From Octopus vulgaris (Eukaryota), in assembly GCA_951406725.2 (NCBI GenBank), contig OX597832.1, positions 48,112,001 to 48,176,000 on the forward strand: DNA of 64,000 nt, written 5' to 3'. Position 1 is the first letter of the stretch. Every line of letters starts with the position of its first letter. This document shows, piece after piece, positions 27,100-41,370 of the stretch. Under the pieces are notes generated by a model. That model made no database searches. It saw only the letters and a list, made by a program, of their open reading frames with translations, and had not been told where the DNA came from. The position numbers and the translations under genes are program-made.

Positions 27100-27445
27100 A
27101 CTTCAGACACCGAGGTCGACTTTGCCTTTCATCCTTTCGGGGGTCGATAAATTAAGTACCAGTTACGAACTGGGGTCGATGTAATCGACTTAATCCCTTT
27201 GTCTGTCCTTGTTTGTCACCTCTGTGTTTAGCCCCTTGTGGGTAGTAACGAAATATGTATTTTATTTGACTTCAGACACCGAGGTCGACTTTACCTTTCA
27301 TCCTTTCGGGGTCGATAAATTAAGTACCAGTTACGAACTGGGGTCGATGTAATCGACTTAATCCCTATGTATGTCCTTGTTTGTCACCTCTGTGTTTAGC
27401 CCCTTGTGGGATAGTAAAGAAATATATATTTTATTTGACTTCAGA
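27100..27445 (+). mobile_element. SINE family B, two tandem 5'-truncated units
   Basis: Two copies of CCGAGGTCGAC...GTAA(C/A)GAAATA, each preceded by ...GACTTCAGA, which recurs after the second unit. Confidence 0.85.
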
Positions 27446-29147
27446 AAGAAATATAAAGTATTCAATGGATATATTTTTAAATAATTTAGAAGCATAGAAA
27501 GAAACTGTTTAAGCTTTTGGGAAACAAAACTTAAAGATTACTATTCTTATTGTCCGTCTCGGGTTTTCAAAGTGCTTTATTGTCTTATTAGAATGGAAAT
27601 TTTGACCGATTGACCCTCTCAGCTGGTCGGACAATTTGCATAAGTCTGTAGTAAAATACCCTTTCACCGTCTCTATCAGTGATACGAAATGGAAGCGAAC
27701 CAACTGGGTTATTGTAGACAGAAATAAGCTGTTTCGGCTCGGCTGTATGTATGTCGGTCTGATATAGATATATAGGTAGGGTGAACGTTTGTAGATAGGG
27801 ACGTATAGATATGCGATAGTAAGAGAAGCTAGGTGAGTAAAATGGCTTAACAGACTTTGAGTTAGTTGCTTGCATTACCTCTCTTTCTCTCTCTCACCAT
27901 AAGACTTGCCAACATCACTATCATCATCTTCATCATCTTCATCATAATTACTAGCAGTAGTAGCAACAGTAACACAGACTGCAACAGTTTAGAGTTTATT
28001 AAAAGTAACTTGGAAAACGAAGTTCTTCTCGACCACAATGTTTGATGCTTCTCTGTTTTACGCAGAAATATGATTTTAAACGAACACACACGCACAAAGA
28101 TATGCTTAACCGGTATTTATATATATATATATATATATACACACGTTTTTATGTATGTATACGCGCGTTGGGATTTGGAAACGAGAGAGGAAAAACACAT
28201 GGGGTAGTTTATTAATTTATTTCAGTGATGTGTGTGTACATATATAATAATAATTATAATAATACTAATAATAATGATAATCCTTTCTATAGGTACAAGG
28301 CCTGAAATTTGCGGGGGTCTAGTCGATTATATCGATCCAGTGTTTTACTGGTACTTAATTTATCGATTCCGAAAGGATGAAAGGCAAAGTCGACCTCGGC
28401 GGAATTTAAGCTTAGAACGTGAAGGCGGACGAAATACCTATTTCTTTACTGCCCACAAGGGGCTAAACACAGCTAAAGCATTTTGTCGAGGGGTACTAAC
28501 GATCTGCCAGGTCCCCAATAATAATGGTGTTTATAAATATGATAATTAATAATAATAATAATAAAATAGTATGTAGGTATGTATGTATAGATATTCACAG
28601 AGTAATGGGCGCGCAGTAAATAAACATTGGAATCATGTTTCGAATCAAACCAGCGCTTAGCAACGATTCAAAATATACCGAAACTCCTTAAATAAGTCAA
28701 AAAGTGAATTTTCCTACTACCATACATACCTACTACACATCTGTCGCATGAAGTAAAATAAAAAAGAAATAGGGAGTTAATTATCTCTTGTACAAAATTA
28801 CAGAGGGATCTTAAGTCTGAAGTAAGCAAAAAAAAAAAAAGGATTTTAATAATTATAATTAATAGTTAAAGACAGAAAGCGCTGGAGTTGAAGAAACGGT
28901 TCGAGTGCCCAACTCGGATTTCGTTTATTTTATAATCCGGCATGTCTAGAGTTTCTGTAAACCTATCTATCTTATAACAATAATAACAGCAATAATTTCT
29001 TACAAGGTCACGCATGTCTTCGTATAAAGGAATAAGTTGATCCTCGCAGTAATAGGAAACAGATATTTTTATTCCATTTTATTTTATTTTTAAGTTTGAT
29101 TTGGGCGGGAGGGAAATATTTTGAATTCGGAACGAAGAAAGATGAAG

Positions 29148-29209
<62 letters not shown>

Positions 29210-29334
29210 GTAGGTCCCGGGTTGAGTCGGGGTTAACCACAGTAAATAAGGTACTCAATACATAGCAGAGTAAATTAATTTATTTTATAGAAGGAGCTTC
29301 TACAGGACTAGAACTGTTTCATTCAAATGAAATC

Positions 29335-29337
<3 letters not shown>
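29210..29337 (-). mobile_element. Penelope-like cassette in (TA)n, truncated inside its hammerhead core
   Basis: Nearly identical to 48498-48625. The minus strand retains ...UGA-stem II-GAAACAG...CUGUA-GAAGCUCC but lacks the start of the core and the 5' strand of stem I. Confidence 0.75.
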
Positions 29338-29397
<60 letters not shown>

Positions 29398-29710
29398 TAA
29401 AGTGGAAAGGCAAAGAAATAAATATAAGACATTTATATATAGTTTTTAGTACGGCACCTTGCCACCACGTTTGTCATTTTTTTTTCTTCTTTTTTTTTGA
29501 AGGCGGCGAGCTGGGAGAATTATTAGTGCGTCGGACAAAATGATTAATGACATTTCTTCCGGCTTTACGTTCTGAGTTCAAATTCCGCCGAGGTCATCTT
29601 TACCTGTCATCCTTTTGGTTGCTCAATAAAAATAAAGTACCAGCAGAACACCAAAATTTCGGTCGGGCCTTGAGTCTATAGTAATAAATTTTTTTTTGTT
29701 TTCTAATGCT

Positions 29711-29777
<67 letters not shown>

Positions 29778-30889
29778 CACACGTATTCTGCGTGAAGGAA
29801 TGGAAAGAGTGAGTAATTTGTTGCAATGTTGTCTTATTCACAATAAGCAGAAAACCTGAAGAAGCCGAATCCGATTGGGTGAATCTGATTTTCATAACTT
29901 CGACCGCCCCCTCCACAAACAGACACACACACTTCCATTCTTTTATCCAAGGGCACAAGAGACGTGAATGGAACCAAAATCCAGCAGGAATCCTGAAGCA
30001 GTTCCAAGCAACAGGAACGAGATCGGGTCGTAGTCACGGTTCGCTAAACAGTGGTGGTGGTGGTGGTTGGGGGGTCTTAGCTTTCCACTTTCTCTCTCTT
30101 CCCCCCTCTCTCTCTCCATACACACACGCGTGTGTCAACTTAAATGTATGTGTGTGTGTGTACTTTAAATGCATATTTGTTTTTCATGTGTATATATTTG
30201 TGTAAGTGCATCTGTGTGTATATATATATACACACGCACATATATATATACACACACACATATATATATATACACACACATATATTTATACACACACACA
30301 TATATATATATACTTTATAATTAGGGTTCGGCAAAGATTTGCTTCACCACATGCCGAAGTTTCGAAATAGCAGTCAAAAAACCTTAGCTATTTCTTCTAC
30401 TTTAAAAAGGGACTCCCAGAAAATTGTGAAATTACTGATTACTTCTTAATTAATTAATTTCACCCTTTGCTATTATATATACATATATATATATATATAT
30501 ATAGGTAAACAGTAAAAATAATTACAGACATGGACAAGAACATGAAACGCCACAGAGACGACACAAGAACCACAGGACGGGACATTCGAAGCCCTCAGTC
30601 ATCAGTCAAGAACCAGATCATCTTAGCTATTTCGGCTGATTAATCTTGAGATTGCTCCGATATGGGCAGCCCGCCACGGGAAATCTAAGCCAAGTGCATT
30701 AGATCCCCTGGAAGAAAGCTTCGAATGTATACAACACGAGGACGGAAAACGAAGTACACGAACAAAAATACAGAATACGTGACAACAATAAGAATACAAA
30801 AACGTAAAAACAATAACGGTAAAAATAAAGTATAAAAAATAAACAACAAAACAAAACCAGGACGTAGGACAAGGGTCTTTCGACAGGAC

Positions 30890-30930
<41 letters not shown>

Positions 30931-30988
30931 CACACACACCTTTAAAGCTTATATATATAGTCGCGCAAGTTTAGTTCGTTTCGTGAGC

Positions 30989-31026
<38 letters not shown>

Positions 31027-31659
31027 AAAGGCGTGTGTGTGTGTCGTAGTGGGAGATGACAGTGTAGTGACAGTGGGAGGTGTAAGTTGTCCAATACAAA
31101 AAAAAAAACGATGACGAAAGATGAGTGAAGAGGGAGGGGGAGAGAGAGAGGGTGAATTGATAGAGGGAGTGAAGTGGTGGGAGGACCTGTAGGGATGAGT
31201 AGGAGGTATAACTAAGAAAGTAAAGAAGGGGGGAGAGGGGAGGTTTTTTTTTTTTTTTTTTTTTACTACTATGATGTGATATATAGGAGGATATGTTTGT
31301 TGCATGTAATTAAAATTAATCTGTCGTTTTACGTGAGGCATGGAACCTGAACTTACATAATAGCTCACTTAACGTACACGCATCTTCCTCCACCCTCTCT
31401 CTTCATATATATATATATATATGTGTGTGTGTGTCTGTGTGTATATTAGGAAAGTATTGTGTTGGAATTTGGTGATTTCATTGCAGTTTTTTTGGGGGTT
31501 TTTTCAAGCCCATTTTTTTAAAATTCAGAATTTGTTGGTGGGCGATACCAAAGCAAATTAAGTGAAATCGGGTCTTGGATACGGTTGACTAGGTGTCGTT
31601 TATTCGTCTATTACGTTTATTGGCGTTGGAGTCACGCCCTGTATATCATTACATAATTT

Positions 31660-32410
31660 CTCACATGCATGCACACATACATACATGCATACATACATAC
31701 GTACATACATGCATGCATACATGCACGCATACATACATACTTACATACACATACATACATACATGCATACATACATGCATGCATGCATACATACATACAT
31801 ACATACACACATACATACATACATACATACATACATACATACACATACATACATGCATGCATACATACATGCATGCATGCATGCATACATACATACATAC
31901 ACACATACATACATACATACATACATACATACATACACATACATACATACATGCATACATACATACATACACACATACTTACATACACATGCATACATAC
32001 ATACATACATGCATGCATGCATACATACATACATACACACATACATACATACATACATACATACACATACATACATACATACATACATACATACATACAT
32101 ACACACATACTTACATACACATGCATACATCATACATACATACATACATACATACATGCATACATGCATACATACATACATACATGCATACATATACATA
32201 TCTACATACATACTTACACACACATACATACATACATACATACATACATACACACGCATACACACATGCATGCATGCATACATACATTCATACATACATA
32301 CATACATACATACATACATACATACATACACATAATACATACACACACATACATACACACACATACATACATACATACACACATACATACATACATATAT
32401 ACATACATAC
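31660..32410. repeat. (ACAT)n/(GCAT)n microsatellite
   Basis: Directly visible. Confidence 0.97.
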
Positions 32411-33289
32411 GTATGTATTTCGTTTTGGATTTGGTTTGCAAGATTCTTTATGTGAGTTCGTGTGTTGAAGCTTATTCTGTTGTGTCTGGGGAGAGTCATT
32501 CTCTTTTAGTGCCTTATTATTTAACACACGCACCGATAAAGTTTCCATTCATTTATATATTTTTCCTAAAATTTTTGTTGCGTCTTGCAAACTTATACCT
32601 GTTAGTCAGTCATTATTCTACAGCCCATGCTGGGGCAACGTCTTGAAGAATTTTTGTGGAATTTTAATGTCGAATTTTTGTCGAGCTCAGTACTTACAAC
32701 ACTTTTTGTAACGCCTGGTACTTATTCTATCGGTCTCTTTTGCCGAACCGCTATGTTACAGGGACGTACATACACCAGCACCAGTCGTCAAGCGGTGGTG
32801 AGGAACAAAAACGGACACAAAGGCATACACACACACACACATACACACACACACACACTCCCTCTCGCTCCCCCTCTCTCTCTCTCTTTCACACTCTCGC
32901 GCACACTCATAAATGACGGGCTTCTTTCAGTTTCCGTCTACCAAATCCACTTACAGGGCTTTTGTCGACCCAAGGCTGTAGTAGAAGACTGAACCCGGAA
33001 CCATTTAGTTCTTTTTTTTTTTTTTTTGGAACAGTGGATCTCGAAGCAGAACAGCTATAGATAATAATAGGGCGTTAATATTGGATTAAAAGAAAACCCC
33101 TGGAGCACCTCATTGTAGAGTTGAACAAAAAGCGAATTCAGTACTTACCTTCTAAGTCAGCTGCATGATCACTTTTGCCGAACCGCAAGGTTACGGGGAC
33201 GCAAACAAACCAGCACTGGTTCTCAAGCGTTCGGGCTCACACTCATACACATAAAGACACCACTACTCGCATATATAAATATATATATA

Positions 33290-33494
33290 TATCACGTGAC
33301 CGACCAGGCTATCAGATGTTGCTACACATCGCTGGTCACAATGCGCTTCGCATTGCTTTAGCCTTCAAGTGACGCCACCTCGTGGAGCTTTAGGTGCTTT
33401 CGCTCAATAAACGCTCACAGCACTCGGTCTGGGAATCGAAACCACGGTCCTACGACCGCCAGCCCGCTGCCCTAACCACTGGGTCATTGCGCCT

Positions 33495-33497
<3 letters not shown>
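33290..33497 (-). mobile_element. tRNA-derived SINE family E, internally deleted
   Basis: Head GTGGAGGCGCAATG(A/G)CCCAGTGGTTAGGGCAGCGG...GGTTTCGATTCCC, shared with 59367-59757. Confidence 0.8.
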
Positions 33498-33546
<49 letters not shown>

Positions 33547-33857
33547 TACCTTCGAAACGTGGAGTAGATGAAACAAGGACGACTGATGAAAAGGAATATT
33601 CTTCATGTTGCATGTCACGTTTCTCTGGGGTTTTTTTTTCGTTGTTCGAAAAAAAGTTCGTTTTCTATGTTTTCGCTTTTATGTTTTCATTTTTCATTGT
33701 GTTTAACGTTTTTTTGATGTCCTGTACCCATATATGCATGTATATATACATATAGATGTAAGTATATACATATATGTATATATATATGTATATGCATATA
33801 TTTATATATTATTTATATTATTATATGGTCGAACGCCACGCATCCTTTTCCAAGTAA

Positions 33858-33930
<73 letters not shown>

Positions 33931-34042
33931 GTGTCTGTGTGTGTTTGTGTTTATAGCTGAAATTTACAGAAAAACAAGACGAAGACAGGGGTGTATGAAC
34001 AACAAGCTGGTGTATTAGTTTGACGCTCGGAAAGTGAGAAAG

Positions 34043-34080
34043 TCTTTTATGTTTCGAGCCTACGCTCCTCAACAGAAAGA
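34043..34080 (-). ncRNA. Minimal hammerhead-like motif, core variant
   Basis: UCUUU-CUGUUGAG-GAGC-GUAG-GCUC-GAAA-C-AUA^AAAGA: A6 replaced by U, one extra purine and a stem III mismatch. Confidence 0.45.
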
Positions 34081-34484
34081 AATAAGAGAAACACACACAC
34101 ACATATATAGGACGGGCTTCGGACTTATTTCAATTTCTGTGTGTGTGTGTGTGTGTTTTAGGAGGATTCTGTAGTAAGTACGTATATTGGGGGTAAGAAT
34201 CTGGCAACAAAGCTGAATAGATGAGGGTCATCAGAGAAGTTCCATTTTTGGAAGTGTTTCCGCCCTTAACTCTTTACAGTAACGTAGCTGGCGATGTGGC
34301 TGTGGCGGTTCTGCCCCTGCTACGTTTTTATTGGTGGGGGGAGCAACATTTTTGGGTCTGCCGTATTAGCCTGTATAGGCTTCGGGGTCGGAAGTTGTGG
34401 TTGTGAGGCTGTCCCAGGCACCACAGGTAAGCCACTGGTGCCAGACTGCACCCAAATTACGACTCTTGGATTCTCTATTGCTAT

Positions 34485-35205
34485 TTGAACTTTAACCTGC
34501 ACTTTTGAATTTTAACCTGCACTTTTGAACTTTAACCTGCACTTTTGAACTTTAACCTACACTTTTGAACTTTAACCTGCACTTTTGAATTTTAACCTGC
34601 ACTTTTGAACTTTAACCTACACTTTTGGACTTTAACCTGCACTTTTGAACTTTAACCTGCACTTTTGAACTTTAACCTACACTTTTGAACTTTAACCTGC
34701 ACTTTTGAACTTTAACCTGCACTTTTGAACTTTAACCAGCACTTTTGAACTTTAACCTGCACTTTTGAACTTTAACCAGCACTTTTGAACTTTAACCTGC
34801 ACTTTTGAACTTTAACCAGCACTTTTGAATTTTAACCTACACTTGTGAACTTTAACCTACACTTTTGAACTTTAGCCTGCACTTTTAAACTTCAACCTGC
34901 ACTTTTGAATTTTAACCTGCACTTTTGAACTTTAACCTACACTTTTGGACTTTAACCTGCACTTTTGAACTTTAACCTACACTTTTGAACTTTAACCTGC
35001 ACTTTTGAACTTTAACCTGCACTTTTGAACTTTAACCAGCACTTTTGAATTTTAACCTACACTTGTGAACTTTAACCTGGACTTTTGAACTTTAACCTGC
35101 ACTTTTGAACTTTAACCTACACTTTTGAACTTTAACCTACACTCTTGAACTTTAACCTGCATTTTTGAACTTTAACCTGCACTTTTGAACTTTAACCTGC
35201 ACTTT
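34485..35205. repeat. 20-bp VNTR (TTTTGAACTTTAACCTGCAC), about 36 units
   Basis: Exact 20-bp period with substitutions only. Confidence 0.98.
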
Positions 35206-35559
35206 TCTGGATGGTGAATGTGCCCCTGCCTTCGAGCCGAGGTATCTTAAATGTCGTATTCTCTTTGCTTTAAGACGCCGGTTGAATGTTGGGTAACTCA
35301 TATTGAAAGTTAATAGAAGGGTGTTGAAACGATTAGCCGCAAATACACAAAGCAGTGTGGTTTTTCTGCAAAATTACTCCATGTGAGATCCTTAAGTGAA
35401 TAGATGCACTCACTTGGACGTATGCATCAACGATTCAACCAACACACCAACTCAACCATATATTTACAAACACCAGGAAAACTCTTAACTCAAAAAGTTT
35501 TGTTGATTTGTTACCGACAGACTTGAATTCTCTCAAGAACTTATATTAAACTCATATGG

Positions 35560-35878
35560 GCATATGTCTTCTGCTATAGCCTCGGGCCGACCAAAGCCTT
35601 GTGAGTGGATTTGGTAGACGGAAACTGAAAGAAGCCCGTCGTATATATGTATATATTTATGTATGTTTGTGTGTCTGTGTTTATCACAGACACACCCCCA
35701 ACAAAGCTCGACAACCGATGCTGGTGTGTTTACGTCCCCGTAACTTAGCGGTTCGGCAAAAGAGACCGATCGAATAAGTACTAGGCTTACAAAAAATAAT
35801 TCCTGGGGTCGATTTGCTCGACTAAAGGCGGTGCTCCAGTATGGCCACAGTCAAATGACTGAAACAAGTAAAAGAGTA
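35560..35878 (+). mobile_element. SINE family A, 5'-truncated
   Basis: Core and tail match the other copies. Confidence 0.85.
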
Positions 35879-36014
35879 TTAAACTCATACATACATACAT
35901 AGATACATACATACACACACATACATACATACATACATACGTACGTACGTACATACATACATACATACATACATACATACATACATACATACATACGTAC
36001 GTACATACGCACGG

Positions 36015-36290
36015 ATGTGGTTAGAAAAATTACAAGACAAAGAGGACATCTATGGACCATTGATAAAGAGTTTGCAAATCCAGTACCCAAGATACTCTTT
36101 CAGCTTTATACCCGTTGTTATTGAAGCAACGGGATACATTCCAAACCCTCTGGAACAAAGTATGACCGAACTTCGAATCTTGGGGAGAGAATGTAAATCC
36201 TTTATTTATAAGCTACAAATGATCACGATATCTGGGACTATAAAAATCTGCAAGACCTTCGTAAGATCTAAAAGATGGTGGTTGAACCAT
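36015..36290 (+). mobile_element. 3' fragment of a non-LTR retrotransposon with a restriction-like endonuclease
   Basis: ORF 36015-36347, EKLQDKEDIYGPLIKSLQIQYPRYSFSFIPVVIEATGYIP...LQMITISGTIKICK, resembles the K-KY-L...P-VI-A-G C-terminus of RLE-clade LINEs. It abuts an (ACAT)n tract. Confidence 0.65.
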
Positions 36291-36377
36291 GATACTTTCT
36301 TTCACAACCTTGCTACAAAGTCAGTGGCCGGTCAAAATTTACTCTAAATTAGAAATAGGGAGCATTTTTCTTTTATA

Positions 36378-36990
36378 GGCGCAGGAGTGGCTGTGTGGTA
36401 ACTAGCTTGCTTAGCAACCACATGGTTGCTCGCTCAGTCCCTTGGGCAAGTGTCTTCTACAATGGCTTTGGGCCGACCAAAGCCTTGTGAGTAGATTTGG
36501 TAGATAGAAACTGAAAAGAAGTCCGTCGTATATATATGTATGAGTTCAAATTCCGCCTAGGTCGACTTTGCCTTTCATACTTTCGGGGTCGATTAAATAA
36601 ATACCAGTTGCTCACTGGGTATCGATATAATCGACTTAATCCGTTTGTCTGTCCTTGTTTGTCACCTCTCTGTTTAGCCCCTTGTGGGTAGTAATGTTAC
36701 GTTCTAAGTTCAAATTCCGCCGAGGTCGACTATACCTTTCATCCTTTCGGACTCGATAAATTAAGTACCAGTTCCGTACTAGGGTAGATCTAATCGACTG
36801 GCTCTCTCCCCTAAAATTTCGGCCCTTGTGGGTAGTAATGTTACGTTCTAAGTTCAAATTCCGCCGAGGTCGACTATACCTTTCATCCTTTCGGACTCGA
36901 TAAATTAAGTACCAGTTCCGTACTAGGGTAGATCTAATCGACTGGCTCTCTCCCCTAAAATTTCGGGCCTTGTACCTAGAGTAGAAAAAA
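36378..36990 (+). mobile_element. SINE A 5' half followed by SINE B units, including a tandem duplication of about 145 bp
   Basis: Matches to both families; duplicated block at about 36680-36825 and 36825-36970. Confidence 0.8.
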
Positions 36991-37361
36991 AAAAAAAAAA
37001 GCTAATGTGTCCTTCTTTATTTAAATGATCCCGATGTGATTTGAAGGGAATTTCGGTGATGTTTCTAACAGGTCCAATGACCACGTGAAATCTCTCTCCT
37101 GTCTGCGCATATTTGAATGTGTGTATGTTATGGCGTTTTTAAATGTATTTGTCAAACATAATTCTGTTTGAGCGACAGTTAGGTGTGTATGAGTAAGTGT
37201 AAGTGTGTGAGTGTATGTGTGTGTGTGTGTATGTGTGTGCGAGTGCGTGTGTGTTTGCTGTGTTTATGTCTGTATCTGTACTTGTGTGAGTGTGTGTGTA
37301 TGTGTGTCTGTGGTCTTTTGAATGTGTATACCAAACATGAATTTGGTTGTGAGACAGGTAA

Positions 37362-37395
<34 letters not shown>

Positions 37396-38049
37396 TTGTG
37401 CGTATTTATATCAACATCTGCCTCTGTGGATCCGTGTGTGTGTGTGTACGTGTGTCTGTGATCTTTTGAATGTGTATACCAAACTTGAATCTGGTTGTGA
37501 GATAGGTAAATGTATGTGTGTGTGTTTGTGTTTGTGCGTGCGTATTTATATCTACATCTGCCTTGTTGATTCGTGTGTGTGTGTGTTTGTGTGTGCGTTT
37601 GTGTGTGTTATCTACAGATATGTGCATATATGATGAATATAGGTCGGTAAGACAACGAACGAACGATAAACAGGTATAGAATGAGAGAGAGAGAGAGAGA
37701 GAGAAAGAGAAAAGAGACAGAGAGAATGAGAGAGAGAGAGAGAGAGAGACAGAAAGAGAAATGAGAGAGGAGAAGGACAGAATGATGTAGTGAGAGATGA
37801 GGAGGGGGGGCGAAAGGGGGGGAAGGGATCTTGATTGAGTGACAGAAAGAACACAAGAGAATGGAACAAGGTAAGAATGAAAGAAAGAAGCACGTGGTAA
37901 AGTCAGAGACGTGGTGGTGGTGGTGAGGGGGAAGAATATGGGAGGAACAGGGATGGGGGGGCAGGCGGGGGTGTGTGGAAGACAGAAGAAATGATGTAAA
38001 AATATGGAAGAAGCAGGGACAGGTTTGAAAAGTATAATGAGAGAAAGAT

Positions 38050-38973
38050 GAACGTGTGTGTGTGTGTGTGTGTACAGGTATATTCGTATATAGATATACA
38101 CAAATGTATGTGTGCGTGTATGTATGTATGTATGTGTGTGTGTATGTATGTATGTGTGTATGTATGTATGTGTGTGTGTGTATGTATGTATGTGTGTGTA
38201 TGTATGTATGTATGTATGTGTGTGTGTGTATGTATGTATGCGTGTGTATGTGTGTGTGTGTATGTATGTATGTGTATGCGTGTATGTATGCATGTGTGTA
38301 TGTATATAATATGTATGTATATATATATGTATGTATGCATGTATGTGTGTGTCTATGTGTGTATGTGTTTATGTATGTATGTATGTATGTATGCATGTCT
38401 GTATGTATATATATATGTATGTATGTATGCATGTATGTGTGTGTCTATGTGTTTATGTATGTATGTATGTATGTATATATGTGTGTATGTATGTATATAA
38501 TATGTATGTATGTATGTATGAGTGTGTATGTATGTAGTATGTAAGTGTGTATGTATGTATGTTTATGTGTACGCGTATATGATTTGCTTCAGTCATTGAA
38601 CTGCGTCTATGCAGAGAGATTAGTCGAATAGATCGATTCCAGTGATCATTTTCTAAACTTTTTTAAAGTCCGATACTTATTCTAGCGCCCTTTCATTAGC
38701 GAACCGCTAAGTTATATGTATGTATGTATGTGTGTGTGTATTATGTATGTATGTATGTATGTATGTATGTATGTATGTATGTATGCATGTATGTATGTAT
38801 ATGTGTGTGTGTATGCATGTATGTATGTATGCATGTATGTATGTGTGTATGCATGTATGTATGTGTGTATGTATGTATGTGTGTGTATGTATGTGTGTAT
38901 GTATGTATGTGTGTGTATGCATGTATGTATGTGTGTGTGTATGTATGTGTGTATGTATGTATGTATGCATGTA

Positions 38974-39022
<49 letters not shown>

Positions 39023-39130
39023 GTGTGTGTGTATGTATGTACGTATGTATGTATGTATGTATGTATGTTTGTATGTGTGTATGAATGTATGTACGTATGT
39101 ATGCATGTATGTATGTATGTACGTACGTAC
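38050..39130. repeat. (TATG)n/(TG)n microsatellite blocks
   Basis: Directly visible; interrupted by a degenerate SINE A fragment at about 38580-38715. Confidence 0.95.
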
Positions 39131-39554
39131 CAGGGGGTAAATTATGAGCAAAATGAGAGAGAGAGAGAGTGTGTGTGTGTGTGTGTGTTTGTGTGTATGT
39201 GCTCAAAAGCGTATGGTGAATTAACCATGAAAAAAGAAATGTGATTAGACGGATATAGACGAATTTAAGGGGCATTAAGGGTGTTAGGGTGAGATAGAGA
39301 GATAGGAATGAATACATAGGAGGAATATACAGGTCTGAGAAAGCCAGAGGAGGAGGGGAGAGTTTGAGAGATAGAGGACAGAGAAATAGATAGTTAAGGT
39401 AGGGAGAGAAAGAAAGAGAGAGAGAGTGAGAGTGAGAGAGTACGCGGGAAGTACAGGAAAAAAGGACAGAAGAAAAGAATGTTCATAAGTGTATCGTTGC
39501 GTGAAATCAACTCGGCGTTAGGCTTAGCTTCAAGAACCCGTTTCAAGTTTTGAA

Positions 39555-39985
39555 GGTCTGTGTATTTGTGTGTGTGTGTGTGTATTTGTGTGTATTTGTG
39601 TGTGTGCGTGTGTTTATGTTTGTGTATTTGTGTGTGTGTGTTTGTGTGTGTGTATGTGTGTGTATTTGTGTGTGTGTGTGTGTGTTTGTGTTTGTGTGTG
39701 TATTTGTGTGTGTGTGTGTTTGTGTGTGTGTTTGTTTGCGTGTGTGTGTATATATGTGTGGGATCTTTTCAAAAGGAAAAGATCCTGTGTGTGTATGTGT
39801 GTATTTGTGTTTGTGTGTGTGTGTGTGCGTGTGTGTGTGTGTGTGTGTATATGTGTGTGGGATCTTTTCAAAAGGAAAAGATCCTATGCGTGTGTGTGTG
39901 TGTATATATATGTGTGTGTGTGTGTGTGTATTTGAGAGTGCATGTGTGTGTGTATTTGTGTGTGTATGTATGTGTGTGTGTGTGT
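39555..39985. repeat. (TG)n-rich repeat with a duplicated GGGATCTTTTCAAAAGGAAAAGATCCT hairpin
   Basis: Directly visible. The hairpin arms (GGATCTTTTC/GAAAAGATCC) equal the first 10 nt of the MITE TIRs. Confidence 0.85.
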
Positions 39986-40899
39986 AGGTGAGAGCGGGAG
40001 ACGGGGGTGGGGGAGACAAGAAGAAGGGTGTCGCAGTTTAAAGGCAGAACGAGGAGTTTGAAATATGGGATTGAAAAAAAAAAAAAGGGGGTTCCTTTCT
40101 TCTCCCAATATTTCCCTAACTGTATCTACCTTACAGCCATATCACCGCCGAAGCCACCAACCCCCAGCCCATCCCACCCTCACCCCACCCCACCGTCTCC
40201 ACCACCCAAACCCCCACCCCACCACCTAACCCTAACCCTCTCTTCAACATCACTACTACCGCTGTAGCCATCTACTGCTGTTAGTACTCTTGTTACGATC
40301 ACAGTCACCATCAGCATCAGCATCAGCATCATCATCATCATTACAGCCAGTAAGTACTACTATTAACCATCGTCGTATCGTTTTGGCCTTTGATTAGTGC
40401 TGCTCGTACCTTCGTCAACCTTCCATGGATTCTTTCTTACTCCTTCGCTTAAACAAACAGATACGGATGACGCCTGCTAACCTAGAAACTGTGTTTTTTT
40501 TCTCTCTCCTTCTCTCTGTCTCTCCCTCTGTTCCTGTCTGTCAATCTGTCTCTTTTTGCCTCTGTCTCCCTCTGTGTCTGTGTCTCTGTCTCTGTCTGTC
40601 TATCTCTCTCTCACGCCTTTCACTTTGCAACAAAGCTCAACATAATATCCTCTTTTGAAAATCAAATGTGAAACCGGTTAAGTACACACACACACACACA
40701 CACACAAACAAACACATACATACATACGTACGTACATACATACATACATACATACATACATACATACATGCATACATGCATACATACATGCATGCATACA
40801 TACATACATACCTACATACATACATACATACATACATACATACATACATACATACATACATACATAAATACATACATACATACATACATACATACATAC

Positions 40900-41370
40900 A
40901 TTGTTGGCATCCTTTCTGTCTCGGGAGACAATGGAATTGCGCATGAAGTAGTCTAGTCCGGCTTTTATATTTCATGTCCTGATACATTTCCTGCTGTGGC
41001 TGTGTAGTCCTATCCTGGACAAACACTCCCTCTGGCAGGTACCGCAAATGTAGCGAAGACTGTTCCTGGCTGGTTGTAGTGCCATAGTCTCTTGTTTGAC
41101 GTCTCTTCCTTTCTTTCCATTTCTCCTCTCTCTCTCTGTCACTCCTTTGTATTCCCTCTTTTACGGTACGTCGCCATTCTCCACGGTTGCCGGCAACTGC
41201 CTCCCAACCGCTAATATTGATGTTGCAGGCCTTCATGTCCCTTTTGCAAACACCCTTGTATCGTAAGATCGGTCTACCCACAGACCTAGTACCCCTAGCA
41301 AGCTCTCCGTAGAGTATGCCCTTGGGGATTCTGCCATCTTTCATACGGCTAACATGCCCAAGCCATCTCA
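40900..41370 (-). mobile_element. RTE (BovB-like) LINE 3' end
   Basis: RWLGHVSRMKDGRIPKGILYGEL...GRPILRYKGVCKRDMK...W...A-NR-EWR is a typical RTE ORF C-terminus; ends in a (TATG)n tail. Confidence 0.9.

Noticed and set aside
33137-33152. Strong minus-strand donor AAG|GTAAGTAC as an upstream non-coding Quaking exon
   Set aside because: It lies among SINE fragments with no supporting acceptor or promoter and cannot be supported without transcripts.
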